Virus record (IMG/VR): IMGVR_UViG_2830161386_000001
Span: 64,001-128,000 of that record
Direction: 5' to 3' (one strand)
Source: a virus
Taxonomy: Duplodnaviria > Caudoviricetes
Length of the DNA: 64,000 nt
Part shown: positions 40,350 to 50,300 of the stretch, piece after piece
Layout of the letters: every line of letters starts with the position of its first letter
Numbering within the stretch: the first letter of the stretch is position 1
Notes under the pieces: model-generated
Told to the model about the DNA's origin: nothing
Databases searched by the model: none
Seen by the model: the letters and a program-made list of their open reading frames with translations, nothing else
Translations under genes and position numbers: made by a program

Positions 40350-40406
40350 GGCGCTGTCAGGCTAAAGATGTTTTAGGTGCCTCAAGCACGTTTGTCGTTC
40401 GGGCGC

Positions 40407-42248
40407 TTACCGCGCCGACACCCCCGGCGTCTCAAAGTCGCCGGGCGCGGAGTCCGGGTCCCCCGGCGCGACCTCTCCGCCTTGCAGGGTTCCGGCAATT
40501 TGCCGGTCCCGCTGGGACCGCAGGTCGGACTTGCTGCCTGCAAACACGCCGCGGCGGCGGTCTAGGCGCTCGGCGATGGCAGCGTAGTTGAGCACGTGCA
40601 CAAAATCGTCGGTGCCGGTCGACTCGTACTTGATAATTCGGCGAGCGGGGTCGACGTCTGTACTTAAATTGTAGAGATCATCAGCGAAAGGCTTGACTTC
40701 CTCATAACGAGGGAACTCAAATTCTTGATTTTCCAAGTCCACGATGAGCTGATTCAGGGTCCGGGTCTTTGGAATGATCCACTTGAGGCTCTTCTCGTCG
40801 TAGGTCGACCGGGCCTGCCCGGCCCCGCGCTTGTACTGAAACGCCGCGATCCGCTGATGGCCGAAAATCCGCATCAGGCGAAGATCTTCCTTGTACCCAA
40901 TGCCGTAGTCGGCCCCGACCCGGTTTACGTTAAAGAGCCGGATCCACTCGGTGAGCTTTTTCATGACGTGATCCGGGTCGTTGGACTGCTGGCCCCGAAA
41001 CCGGTGGGCAAAAATGAGTTTGAGGTTTCCCCGCACCTTCGCGAACACCGCGAAGATCGTGTAGCTGGGCACCTCCTCGTCGGAGGCCTGCATCGCCCAG
41101 TCTAGCCCCGCGTACGTCTGCCGCCCGCGAAACCGCTTGGCCACCTCCCGGATGCGCTGATCAGAGCTGGGCAGGTCGTAGTCCTCGGTGCAGCTTTTAA
41201 CCATCTCCTCGGTAATCGGCACCGTCCCGGAGTCGTAGGGCAGGGCCATGACCTCGTTGTAAAACCGCCGCTCCGACCAGTCCTCCAGCCGGTCTAAAAT
41301 CCCGTCGTCCCGGTCGGTGCGCCACTGGGCCCACGGCATCATCATTCGCACCACGCGGTACCCATCGTACTTTCCGTCCGGGTTGTGGGCAACCCACTGC
41401 CCATTGGGCGGCACCCGCTGGTCGGCCGTCGACCAGGAGGGGTCGTACATGTCTCGCCCGCAGTGCTCGCAAAACAAGTAGGGGCGGTCCCGGTCCAGGT
41501 GCTCCATCCCGAGCGGGCTGTTCCAGCCGCCTTTCCGCCGATCTCGGCCGTTGGGCCCGGTTTTTCCGGTCGGCTCCGAGCAGTGCGGGCACTGGATGTG
41601 CCACTGGTACTGACGAGACCGATTCCACTGGCGCTCAATCAGGTTTTGCTTCGAGAGGGGCGTCCCGGCGTACACGTAGAAGGCCTGGCGGCGCCCGTCT
41701 TGGCCGTCGAACGTGGCGGCGGTGGACTCAATAACCGGCACGTCCTCCTGCAAGAGGCTTTGAAACTCGTCGAGGTAGATGTCATTGGCCGTGATTCCTC
41801 GGATCCGCTCTGCCCCGCTTGCGCCGCCGGTCGAGCGCAGGGTAATGCGGCTCGTGCCGCGCCCGACCCGAAACTCTTTGACACCGACGTTCCACTTCGT
41901 GTCGTTTGTCGTAAAGGCCTCTTTCAGCTTCTTTCGGTACGTGAACGTCGTTTCCAGCTTCTCGTCGTTGAACGTCCGGAGCTGGGTTGTTGTCGGGGCA
42001 ACCACTAAGGACTTCGATCCGGACTTCATAAGCGAGCGCCCCACGGAAAAATTCCGCAGTGTCGTCGACTTAATCGACTGCCGGGACGTATACAGGAGAA
42101 GCTTGTTGCGAGGCTTGTCGTAAACCGGCTTGTAGAACGGCATCCGGTCCAGGGCCCACCGCCGCCCGTCGTCGGTGGTGAAGATCATCTCGCAAATCTT
42201 ATGAAACGGCAAGTCCCGTGTCGGAAACTGCCGGAGAGACGTGCCCAC
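40407..42248 (-). CDS. terL: Terminase large subunit, lambda GpA-like
   Basis: Walker A-like SRQSIKST, RIRG...IYLDEFQ (Walker B), CPHC...CEHC Zn site, and RNase H-type nuclease motifs AGLDWA...DDFVH. Confidence 0.9.
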   Translation of the reverse strand: MGTSLRQFPTRDLPFHKICEMIFTTDDGRRWALDRMPFYKPVYDKPRNKLLLYTSRQSIKSTTLRNFSVGRSLMKSGSKSLVVAPTTTQLRTFNDEKLETTFTYRKKLKEAFTTNDTKWNVGVKEFRVGRGTSRITLRSTGGASGAERIRGITANDIYLDEFQSLLQEDVPVIESTAATFDGQDGRRQAFYVYAGTPLSKQNLIERQWNRSRQYQWHIQCPHCSEPTGKTGPNGRDRRKGGWNSPLGMEHLDRDRPYLFCEHCGRDMYDPSWSTADQRVPPNGQWVAHNPDGKYDGYRVVRMMMPWAQWRTDRDDGILDRLEDWSERRFYNEVMALPYDSGTVPITEEMVKSCTEDYDLPSSDQRIREVAKRFRGRQTYAGLDWAMQASDEEVPSYTIFAVFAKVRGNLKLIFAHRFRGQQSNDPDHVMKKLTEWIRLFNVNRVGADYGIGYKEDLRLMRIFGHQRIAAFQYKRGAGQARSTYDEKSLKWIIPKTRTLNQLIVDLENQEFEFPRYEEVKPFADDLYNLSTDVDPARRIIKYESTGTDDFVHVLNYAAIAERLDRRRGVFAGSKSDLRSQRDRQIAGTLQGGEVAPGDPDSAPGDFETPGVSAR

Positions 42249-42352
42249 CAGATAAAAGCAAGCTATTGGGCCAGCTGCGGCCAGAGGATGTGATGAAGGG
42301 GCTTTCTGTATGCAATGTAGAAGGCCATCGCCGCTTCGTTGAGGCCTGTCGA

Positions 42353-42398
42353 CAAAAAAAGACCCCCACCCGGCCTATTACGGCGTTGGGCGAGGGTC
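42353..42398 (-). terminator. Probable intrinsic terminator
   Basis: gaccc...gggtc imperfect stem next to an A7 tract (T7 on the minus strand). A similar sequence, acaaaaaaagaccccaccccggc, occurs at ~58624. Confidence 0.4.
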
Positions 42399-42806
42399 GA
42401 CGCGGTTTTCACCGCCCATGTTGAGCATCTCTTGCAGCTCCCGGTACGAGGGCGGAAAGGAGTCCTTGTGCATCTCGTGATCCCGGGCGGCATTGGCCAT
42501 CATCCGGACGAAATGGCGAGCCGGCAGGTTTTTATGCTGCTCGTAGAGGCCCCGGTGCATGACCGTCATCGTCAGAAACTCCCCCAAAGGGACCTTTGAG
42601 AGAGCTCTATCGTCCGTGGCCGCTTCCCGGATCAGCTGCACGCCGCGCCAAAACGCCTTTGTGCCATGTTTTTCGAGACCAATCGACATGGCCACGATCA
42701 CTGGCTCGTCTTGGGGGGTGACCCGCTCGATATCAATTCCGTTGCGGGTCACCCGGATCTGAATCTCAAATTCGTGAATCTCCGTGTTCGTCGTTTCGCT
42801 TGCCAT
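42378..42806 (-). CDS. Hypothetical protein, VTRNGIDI paralog 1
   Basis: Likely start MASETTN at 42806; contains EIQIRVTRNGIDIE. Confidence 0.6.
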   Translation of the reverse strand: MASETTNTEIHEFEIQIRVTRNGIDIERVTPQDEPVIVAMSIGLEKHGTKAFWRGVQLIREAATDDRALSKVPLGEFLTMTVMHRGLYEQHKNLPARHFVRMMANAARDHEMHKDSFPPSYRELQEMLNMGGENRVDPRPTP

Positions 42807-42820
42807 CGTTTGAATTGAGT

Positions 42821-43315
42821 TTAGTAAGCAGAAAGCGCGTGTTTTTTCGCTTCCTTCTCCAGCTTCATAAGCTCCCGGAGGCGCGGGGCGTCTAAAAACG
42901 ACTTCTCGACCTGGTAGGGGCCGCATTTCAGGACTCCTGGGCCGCGGGCCCAGTTTACAAGCGCCTCCGACTGGAGCTGGAAGGCAAGCTCCTCCCCGCT
43001 GGTAACGTCGGTGAAGGCGGGAAGCCCCATTTCGGTTTGGAGGCCTTCTGGAAGCAGTCCAAACCGGTCAAGAACCTCGTAATACTCCTCGGCCACAGCC
43101 CGGCCGCCTTCCTCTCGCATAACGCGAATGCGCTCGCCGATGCGGTCGGCCACCTCCTTTGAACTTTCTCCTGCGTGGGGAATTTGCTCCCGGCGCGTCT
43201 TGGGGTGGATATGGTTTATGATTGCAATTGCCGTGTCCCAGCCAGGCCACATGCCCGGCACGTCGACGCCCGTCCTCGACACTTGTACGATTAGTTGCGG
43301 CTCGTAAATGCTCAT
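42821..43315 (-). CDS. Hypothetical protein, VTRNGIDI paralog 2
   Basis: Contains LIVQVSRTGVDV near the N-terminus. Confidence 0.6.
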   Translation of the reverse strand: MSIYEPQLIVQVSRTGVDVPGMWPGWDTAIAIINHIHPKTRREQIPHAGESSKEVADRIGERIRVMREEGGRAVAEEYYEVLDRFGLLPEGLQTEMGLPAFTDVTSGEELAFQLQSEALVNWARGPGVLKCGPYQVEKSFLDAPRLRELMKLEKEAKKHALSAY

Positions 43316-43345
43316 AGGAAACGTGGGTTTATTGAGAGAAGCTAC

Positions 43346-43696
43346 TTACTTCTTGTATTCTGGCTTCTTGTAGTCCGGGTAGCGCTCGTGACGGTACACG
43401 GTACTGCCGATCACGGCCCAGCTTTTGACCCACGTCCGAAGCTGCTCGTGCCAGTCCCGGACAAGGGTGCCGTTTCTCGTGATAAGCTCGCCCAAGCCCC
43501 GCTCTTGCAGAAGGCTCACAAGCCGCTCCTCCCGGCCGAGGTGGGCGTCCCGGAGGGCTCGACCGATCGTGCGCCTCGGCTGGGGCCACTGCTGGTCCAG
43601 GTCGTCTAAGATCTCAAACTCGTCGGCCCGCAGGTCCCGCTCGGCCGACTCGATATCGATTCCGTTGCGGGTCACGCGAATCTCGATTTTAAGCAT
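43346..43696 (-). CDS. Hypothetical protein, VTRNGIDI paralog 3
   Basis: Likely start MLKIEIRVTRNGIDIE at 43696. Confidence 0.6.
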   Translation of the reverse strand: MLKIEIRVTRNGIDIESAERDLRADEFEILDDLDQQWPQPRRTIGRALRDAHLGREERLVSLLQERGLGELITRNGTLVRDWHEQLRTWVKSWAVIGSTVYRHERYPDYKKPEYKK

Positions 43697-43730
43697 ATCA
43701 CTATTGCAGCAAGTGAGTGAAAGTAGGCGC

Positions 43731-43764
43731 AAAACAGAAAAGCCGCCCCGAGTCGGGGGCGGCT
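43731..43764 (-). terminator. Rho-independent terminator after the 1175-aa polyprotein gene
   Basis: Stem agccgccccg/cgggggcggct followed by TTTCTGTTTT on the minus strand. Confidence 0.7.
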
Positions 43765-43778
43765 GGCCTGCCTCTCAG

Positions 43779-43790
43779 TCCCAGCTGGGA
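43779..43790. repeat. Palindrome copy 7
   Basis: tcagTCCCAGCTGGGAttca; intergenic, between the polyprotein stop and the terminator. Confidence 0.9.
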
Positions 43791-43825
43791 TTCAGCTAGG
43801 CGTTAAAAAAATGCTCAGCAAAGAG

Positions 43826-46800
43826 CTACTCCGTCATGTCCACGTCGGTGTCCCCCTGGTCGTGGTCCATCGTCTCGGGGTCGATGTCCTGCATGTCCGG
43901 CGTGGACTGGACGTCCGGGGAGCCCATCTCCATTTCCTCCGGCATCTCCGGGTCCGGCATGTCAAAATCGAACCCTTCTTCGAAAAGGGATGGCTCGTCT
44001 TCTGCCGTAGTTATGGTGCCGTTCTGGTCGGCATATTTGCGTTTCTGAGCGGGCTGCTGGCCGCCTGAGCGGTTTACGTAGCTGTAGCCCCCGTACCCGG
44101 CGGCCCCGGTCAAGCCCGCTCCTATGATCGCGTCACTCATCTGACTGGCCCGCGCCTGGCCGGAAAGCGGAACCCGAAACTCCGTGTCCGTGCCGCCTGT
44201 CGATTCGGCCCGAGAAAGGTCCACCGGGCTCACCTCCGACACCGCGTTGGCGTCGGTCGTGTCCGCGACGCCGGGCATTTTATTCGGCACCTCCAGCTCG
44301 TCTCCACCGGATTTGATGCCGGGCACGAGCCGCCGGCCCTCGTCGGTCGCGACCTCCCACATCTCGGGCCCGTCGCCGTTTCCGGCAAACACGACATTAT
44401 CCCCGTTCATGTCCGGCCCGTTGAGCTTTTCCGGGCGGGCCCGGACCGTCGGGTTCGGAACCCCATCCACGTCTTGAAGGAAGTTCTCAAACTTGCTCGG
44501 AGAGGGTGCGTCGGTCTTATTCGCGAACTGGACAAACGCGTCCGCTACCTTTTTTTTAGAAGCCTCTTTTCGCTGGGCACTTGCCGCAGCGGATTCCTTG
44601 GAGAAAAGCCCAAAGAAGCGGTTGTCTTTTGCCTTCTGGGCCAGCTCGTCGAACGACTGGTTTGTGTCGGAAATCTCGTCGGCCACCCCTTCCATTCGGT
44701 CCATAAATTCGTCCGCCCTGGAGGTCCCCTCATCTACGTTTCGGCGCACGTTTCCGAGATCCTCCGCCGCGCTTTGCATATCGCGGAAGGCCTGGTCTGC
44801 CTCGTCCATGGTCCGCTTCGCCTGTCGGCCGAGGTCCCGGGCGCGCCCGGCAAGTTCCCGCCCGCCGCGAATGGCCGCCGGGCCTGCTGCTCCAAGCGCC
44901 CCACCAACAGCGCCGGACCGGGCGAGCCGGTACGGGTCAATCCGCTCTTGCCGGCCGGAGCGGATTTCTCCCCTTTGCTTCGCGTAGTTGAGGCCAGTTC
45001 CGGCCGCCCCGCCTGCAAGCCCGCCGCCAACCGCAGCAAGTGGCACGGCGCTTTTGCCCATGCTGGCTCTCTTTGTTTGCGGGCCGCTCCCCGGCGGCAT
45101 CTCTTCAAGGGCCTGGTTTCGCACTTCATCGTTCAGGCTTTGTGTCGGCTCTGGGTCTTCGGTAAGCTCGTCACTTAAATGCCGAGCACCCTGGTATGCA
45201 CCGTATCCGCCAAGGGCCGCTCCTCCAAGAATCAATGGCGATGCCGCACCGGGTTTGAGGTCCAACTTTGAAGCAAGCCCCGCAGCTCCAGCCCCACTAA
45301 CTGCTCCACCAGATAGCGCCCCCAATGCACCGTTTAGGCTTTTTGCCTGCTCTTTGCGGCGGCGACGACGACGATTTTCCGTTCGTTTTTGGGCAAGTTC
45401 TTTTGCACTTGCGTCCAGCTCTGGACTAGCTGGTCGAGAGGCTTTTACCCCCCCACCAATTTGACGCTGAACATAAGTACCATCTGGGCGCATTGTTACC
45501 GCAGAATCAGCCGGCATTCCCGATACAAGTGGCCGCCGCTCACTGGACGCCTCTTTATGGACATCTACCGGCTTTTGATCGGTCTTCTCCCAGTCCCCCT
45601 CTCGGATTTTCTCTCGAACCGCGTCGGGACGCTCGGTCCACGAGGCGTCATCGGTCGAGAGCTCAACCGTATTGTCTCCGACCCCCTCGACGGTTACCAT
45701 CTTGTCGTTCAGATGCGAGTAGTACTTGCGCTGCGCGATAATTGGCGGAGACGTGCTCCCAGTTTTTTCCTCGACAAACTCCTCTGCGCTTACGTTTTCG
45801 GGGCTATAATACTCGATTGTGTCCATATTCAGCCTAGCTTCGCTTCCGCCTAGAATCCCGCCAAGAGATCCTGCAAGACCCCCGCCTATCATGCCTTCCG
45901 CCGGATTCATATCTATCTTCCGGACCGCTCTCGCTCCACCAGCGCCCCCAAGAACGAGTCCTCCAGCAAGCCCTACGAGCGGAAGAGCGTCTCGAATCGG
46001 TTCTGTAATTTGCTCGTTTTTGTGCTCAGCAACGAGCCTATCGGAATCTTCGTGCGCCGTAAGCGGTACGTATCCAGTCATGTTGCCGCTCCGGATGTTT
46101 CTGCGGGGGGCCTCATCAACACCGCCCTTCATTTCCGATACGCTTGAGGCCGTCTGGTTTGGGGGCGTGTACTTGTGCGGCTCCCCAAACCCGTACTCGT
46201 ATGTGGGCGTGGCGCTGGCCTGCTCGTCCATATATTCGGCCCGCTCCTTAACAAAATCCGGGCCGCGGCGACTCCACGTTGATATCATCCGTGCTTTCGT
46301 CGGGTCCTCCGCGCTTACGCTTTCGGAGTAGCTATCAAAAGCAGTTTTTTCCTTGCCCTTACTAAAAGATGCCTCTTTTGCGCCAAATACGGGCCGATAC
46401 GCCGTTGACCCGTCCTCGCGCTGAACCTCTTCCGTCCCAGTGACAATTTGCTCTGAGGGGCCTTCAATCTGTCGCCCGAGTCCAGCCCCACTATATCCCC
46501 CTGCAACCGCAAGCGCGGGAATTCCAATTGCTGCCGCAACCGGCTCATATCGACGTGGAACCGCTCGCGTTAGTCCCGCTCCCGCAGCCCCGCCTGCAAG
46601 GCCCCCTCCCATTGCCCCGGGCAGCTCGGCTCCAGTAGACGCTTCAACTTCTCCCATATCCCGCGCCTCTGCTCGGGTATGGTACCCCTTTTGGGACGCC
46701 TCCTTTCCCACGCCTGGCGGCGCAACGTCTCGGAGCGTTGGGCCTGACGGCTCTGTTTTTCCAATTAGCTTTCGGACTTGTGGCCCTAAAGACGCCCCCG

Positions 46801-47353
46801 CACCTGCGCCCAGCGTTGCCCCCATAGCGACTTGCCCCCCTTTTGAGTCAGCAATATAGTCAAACGTATCGGTGCCATACCCCAGGCCCGCTCCAGCACC
46901 TATGCCTATTGCTTCATCTGCGAGATAGGTTTTAGCCGACCCCTCTTTTTGCCCCGTGACGCGGCGCACCTCGTCTTCTCCCATCACGTACACATCGGCC
47001 TTAACGGAGTCCATCCCAAGGCGATCTGCCGCTAAAACCCGGTGGTGCCCGTCCATGAGATGATGATCCCCCTCAATCCGGACGACTTGCACCGGGTCTT
47101 CCTCCCACTCCTCGACGTTTGAGAGCATCCAGCCGAGCTTTTCGACGTCGTAGGTCCCTTGGGCCCCGTAGTCAATCTTGCCCAGCGATAGGTCTTTTTC
47201 GGTTTGCTCCGGGCTACGGTGGTTCATAATTTTCTTCCGCCGGTGGAGCGTTACGAGCGGCGACTTGTCGAGGCGCTCAATCGGGGCGGTGCTGTCGCGG
47301 GACTTCCCGCTACCGGGGCCGCCGCTGGATTTAAGAAGTGTAGGTCGGTCCAT
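43826..47353 (-). CDS. Polyprotein (1175 aa) with N-terminal ParB/Srx-like domain and Gly-zipper modules
   Basis: DPVQVV...LMDGHHRVLAADRLG (ParB-N signature), then modules separated by KEGS/KEAS/EKTA/EKTG, each with paired Gly/Ala hydrophobic segments. Confidence 0.7.
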   Translation of the reverse strand: MDRPTLLKSSGGPGSGKSRDSTAPIERLDKSPLVTLHRRKKIMNHRSPEQTEKDLSLGKIDYGAQGTYDVEKLGWMLSNVEEWEEDPVQVVRIEGDHHLMDGHHRVLAADRLGMDSVKADVYVMGEDEVRRVTGQKEGSAKTYLADEAIGIGAGAGLGYGTDTFDYIADSKGGQVAMGATLGAGAGASLGPQVRKLIGKTEPSGPTLRDVAPPGVGKEASQKGYHTRAEARDMGEVEASTGAELPGAMGGGLAGGAAGAGLTRAVPRRYEPVAAAIGIPALAVAGGYSGAGLGRQIEGPSEQIVTGTEEVQREDGSTAYRPVFGAKEASFSKGKEKTAFDSYSESVSAEDPTKARMISTWSRRGPDFVKERAEYMDEQASATPTYEYGFGEPHKYTPPNQTASSVSEMKGGVDEAPRRNIRSGNMTGYVPLTAHEDSDRLVAEHKNEQITEPIRDALPLVGLAGGLVLGGAGGARAVRKIDMNPAEGMIGGGLAGSLGGILGGSEARLNMDTIEYYSPENVSAEEFVEEKTGSTSPPIIAQRKYYSHLNDKMVTVEGVGDNTVELSTDDASWTERPDAVREKIREGDWEKTDQKPVDVHKEASSERRPLVSGMPADSAVTMRPDGTYVQRQIGGGVKASRPASPELDASAKELAQKRTENRRRRRRKEQAKSLNGALGALSGGAVSGAGAAGLASKLDLKPGAASPLILGGAALGGYGAYQGARHLSDELTEDPEPTQSLNDEVRNQALEEMPPGSGPQTKRASMGKSAVPLAAVGGGLAGGAAGTGLNYAKQRGEIRSGRQERIDPYRLARSGAVGGALGAAGPAAIRGGRELAGRARDLGRQAKRTMDEADQAFRDMQSAAEDLGNVRRNVDEGTSRADEFMDRMEGVADEISDTNQSFDELAQKAKDNRFFGLFSKESAAASAQRKEASKKKVADAFVQFANKTDAPSPSKFENFLQDVDGVPNPTVRARPEKLNGPDMNGDNVVFAGNGDGPEMWEVATDEGRRLVPGIKSGGDELEVPNKMPGVADTTDANAVSEVSPVDLSRAESTGGTDTEFRVPLSGQARASQMSDAIIGAGLTGAAGYGGYSYVNRSGGQQPAQKRKYADQNGTITTAEDEPSLFEEGFDFDMPDPEMPEEMEMGSPDVQSTPDMQDIDPETMDHDQGDTDVDMTE

Positions 47354-47392
47354 TAGTCAAGTCTTGCTTTGTAGGGCGCTTGCCCAGTCTAT

Positions 47393-50300
47393 CTACAAGC
47401 GGGGAATATCTAGCTCATTATCGACTTCGCGCTTGTACTGCTTGTACCGGGGCTTCGCGAGCACATAGGCGTCTTTGAGGCGCTTTTTCTCCCCAATGAT
47501 GCGCCCTCGGTCCTCCGGCGTTAGCTCCTCGTTTGCCCGGTCGAAGCTCTCAACGCGCTCGTCAACGTGGGGGCCGTGGCCAACGACTACGTCCATATCA
47601 TCGCCGTCAACGGTGCCGGACATAACGTACACTCCGTCTCGAAAACGGTTGTACGGGCTGCTTTCCAGGTCGGTAAACTTCTCCCGCACCTCCTCAATTT
47701 TGCTTCGGTACTCCTCGTCGCTGCCAGTTGGAATCGTGACGTCGATGTCAGAATCGTCATCGGGGACGTTAATGCCAAGTCCCATCGAGCCGTGCAGGCG
47801 CACCTTTTCGCCGAAGAGGTCTTTAAGCCGGTCTTGATCCGGCGCCTCCTCCTCTGCTCGCCGGGCCAGGTCTCGAAGCTCCTCTTTGTCTAGGTCCAGG
47901 TTCCCGTACACCTGATCTCGGAGCTTCGATACTGCCGACATGACCGTATCTGGGGCAGCAGTTTTCTCCTTTGCTGATTCGTTCAAATGTTGATACGCGC
48001 CACCAGCTAACGCCACGCCTCCTGCTCCGAGTGCCGCTCTAATACTGCCTTTATTCATCCGTTGAGCATTTCTGCCCAACCGCCCCGCCTCTTGACCCAC
48101 CTCGTAAGTCTGCAAGTACATTTTACGCAATTCACGTTCTTCTGGCGTAAACCCGTTTCCAAAACGAGAATTAGCCAGGTTTTGAGCCCGGTCCCACGCT
48201 CGCCGCTCTTCTCGTACTAAAGACGAATCAGGGTTTTTGCCCATTAGATCCTGCAAAACACCAGCTTGATCAGACTTCAACTTCTTGGTTTCTTTGAACC
48301 CTTCCAGCTCCCCATCAAAATCTTTGAAGTTCTTAAAGTGTCCAAGCTCATGCAAAAAACCAGCTCGATTTGAAGGCTCACTAACCATTATTCTTAGACT
48401 TTCTGAATCAGGTGTGATTGAGCCGGTGGCCGAATCTGATATACCAAATGCATCTTGTTTCCCTTTAACGACTTCGCCCGCAAAACCTTCTTGCCTCGCT
48501 AGATCCGTTGCCGCCTCAATGTTAGGGGCATCAGGCGCCGAACGCTCTAAATGTCTTGCTCGTGATCTCACTTCTCGCTTTAGATCGTTTTTGAGATTCT
48601 TCTGTGCCTCATCATAGTAAATGTGACCACCACGCATTGCCAAAGAGCCCGCCCCGAGGGCGCCTGCCGCAGCGCCGGCAGCCTCATCAACCTCAATTGA
48701 ATCGCTACCAGAAAATCCTTCGTTTTTATCGTCTACCGCCCCCTCTTTTTCGGCAAGATAGGCTCCTCCCGCCAAAGCCGGAGCCCCAACCATCCCAGCT
48801 CTCCCGGAACGGCTCAACCCCCGCCCCACTGACTCCAAACCTGATTGAACTTGCTTCAAGGGTTGCCGAAGAACGCTATCATAAGATTGGGCTGAGCCCT
48901 TTGTCCCTTCTACCATGCGGTGATAAGAGAGCTCTTGAAAAACGTCATGTGCCGCCCCTCCTGACCCCTTCATAATCTTAGATTGCTCCTCTGGCGCAAG
49001 CGATTTCAGGTCCTCCACGCTTGAGACGTCATAGCCCATTTTTTGCGCCTTCCCGAGATAGTTTTGCAAATGGGCCTCACGTCCGTTCAGATCGGAAGGG
49101 TCAGTATCCGAAGAAACACCAAGAGCTTCTTGTACTACGTGCTGAGCATCTTCAGCAACATTTCCGCCTGAAGACCCTGATTCTTGAATGGCTTTCTCTA
49201 CCTTCTCAGACAGGCTGCGAATTGACTCGTCAGGAACGTCATTATATTTGAATCCTTTTTTCAGCTCTTCATCTAGGGCGCTCATATAGTCTTCTCCACT
49301 TGCAGCCCGATTTTGCGCTGCCATTCGTGCTCCAATAAGGCGCTTACCCGTGTCTTCGACTGGATCGTCAAAGCTCTCTCCGTAAAACTGCGCGTGTCCG
49401 AATATCGGCCCTTTTTCAAACGCATCGTAGTGCGCCCGTTCAGCAGTTTGCGGCAACCCAGTCTGGTCTGAGAAATTCCGCATTGCCGGATTGTTAATAG
49501 CAGACATCATATCTGCCCCCGACACCTCACGTCCAGATATAGGAACTCGAAACTCTTTCTCTCGAAGGGTTCTTGATCCCGACTCAAAGTACTGATTCAT
49601 TGCCCGGGTGGGATCGTCAATATTTCTCATGCCCCCTACTTCCTCAAACGAATTAAGCCCTTTTTCTGTGACCAGTTTTGCACGGTCGGATTCAGGAAGG
49701 CGCTTTCCAGCAGCGTCCGTTGCTTTCCCCCCGGCCATGCCCACACCAGAAGCTAAACCAGTTTCTTCTTCTGAAAGCTGGTCGTCACCTAAGTCAATGC
49801 CACTAAGAGATAAGTCGTTTAATCCCAGCTGGGACTGAGGGGCCGCTTCTTTTTCTGCCTCTTCCTTTCTTTTTTCTGCTTCTTCCTCCAGAAGCTTAAT
49901 CAGCTGGTCGCTCAGTTCCTGCTTCTCTTTTGCGAGACCCTGAATGTACTCCTCGACCGAACCGGTCATGGTTTTGTCCCCGCCGAACACCGACCGGACG
50001 GCGTTGGACACCGATTTTTCGGGAAGCTCGGAGACATACCGTTTCACGTCGACTTGCCGCTCCTCCTCCGGTAGGCCCTCATGGCTTTTGTACCGGTCGG
50101 CGCGGGCAACCACCTGGTTGATCTTCTGCTCGTTCCAATGGGGCTCCATCACGTGAATCTCGTTTACCGCGTCGAGGTCAAGCCCCTCCCCGCCGGCCGA
50201 CGACATCACGAGGGTAGAGAGTTCTCCTTCGTTAAAGCGGCGCACGTCTTCTTCACGCTTGGACTGAGACGTGCTTCCGGTATACTCCCCGTAGTCAACG

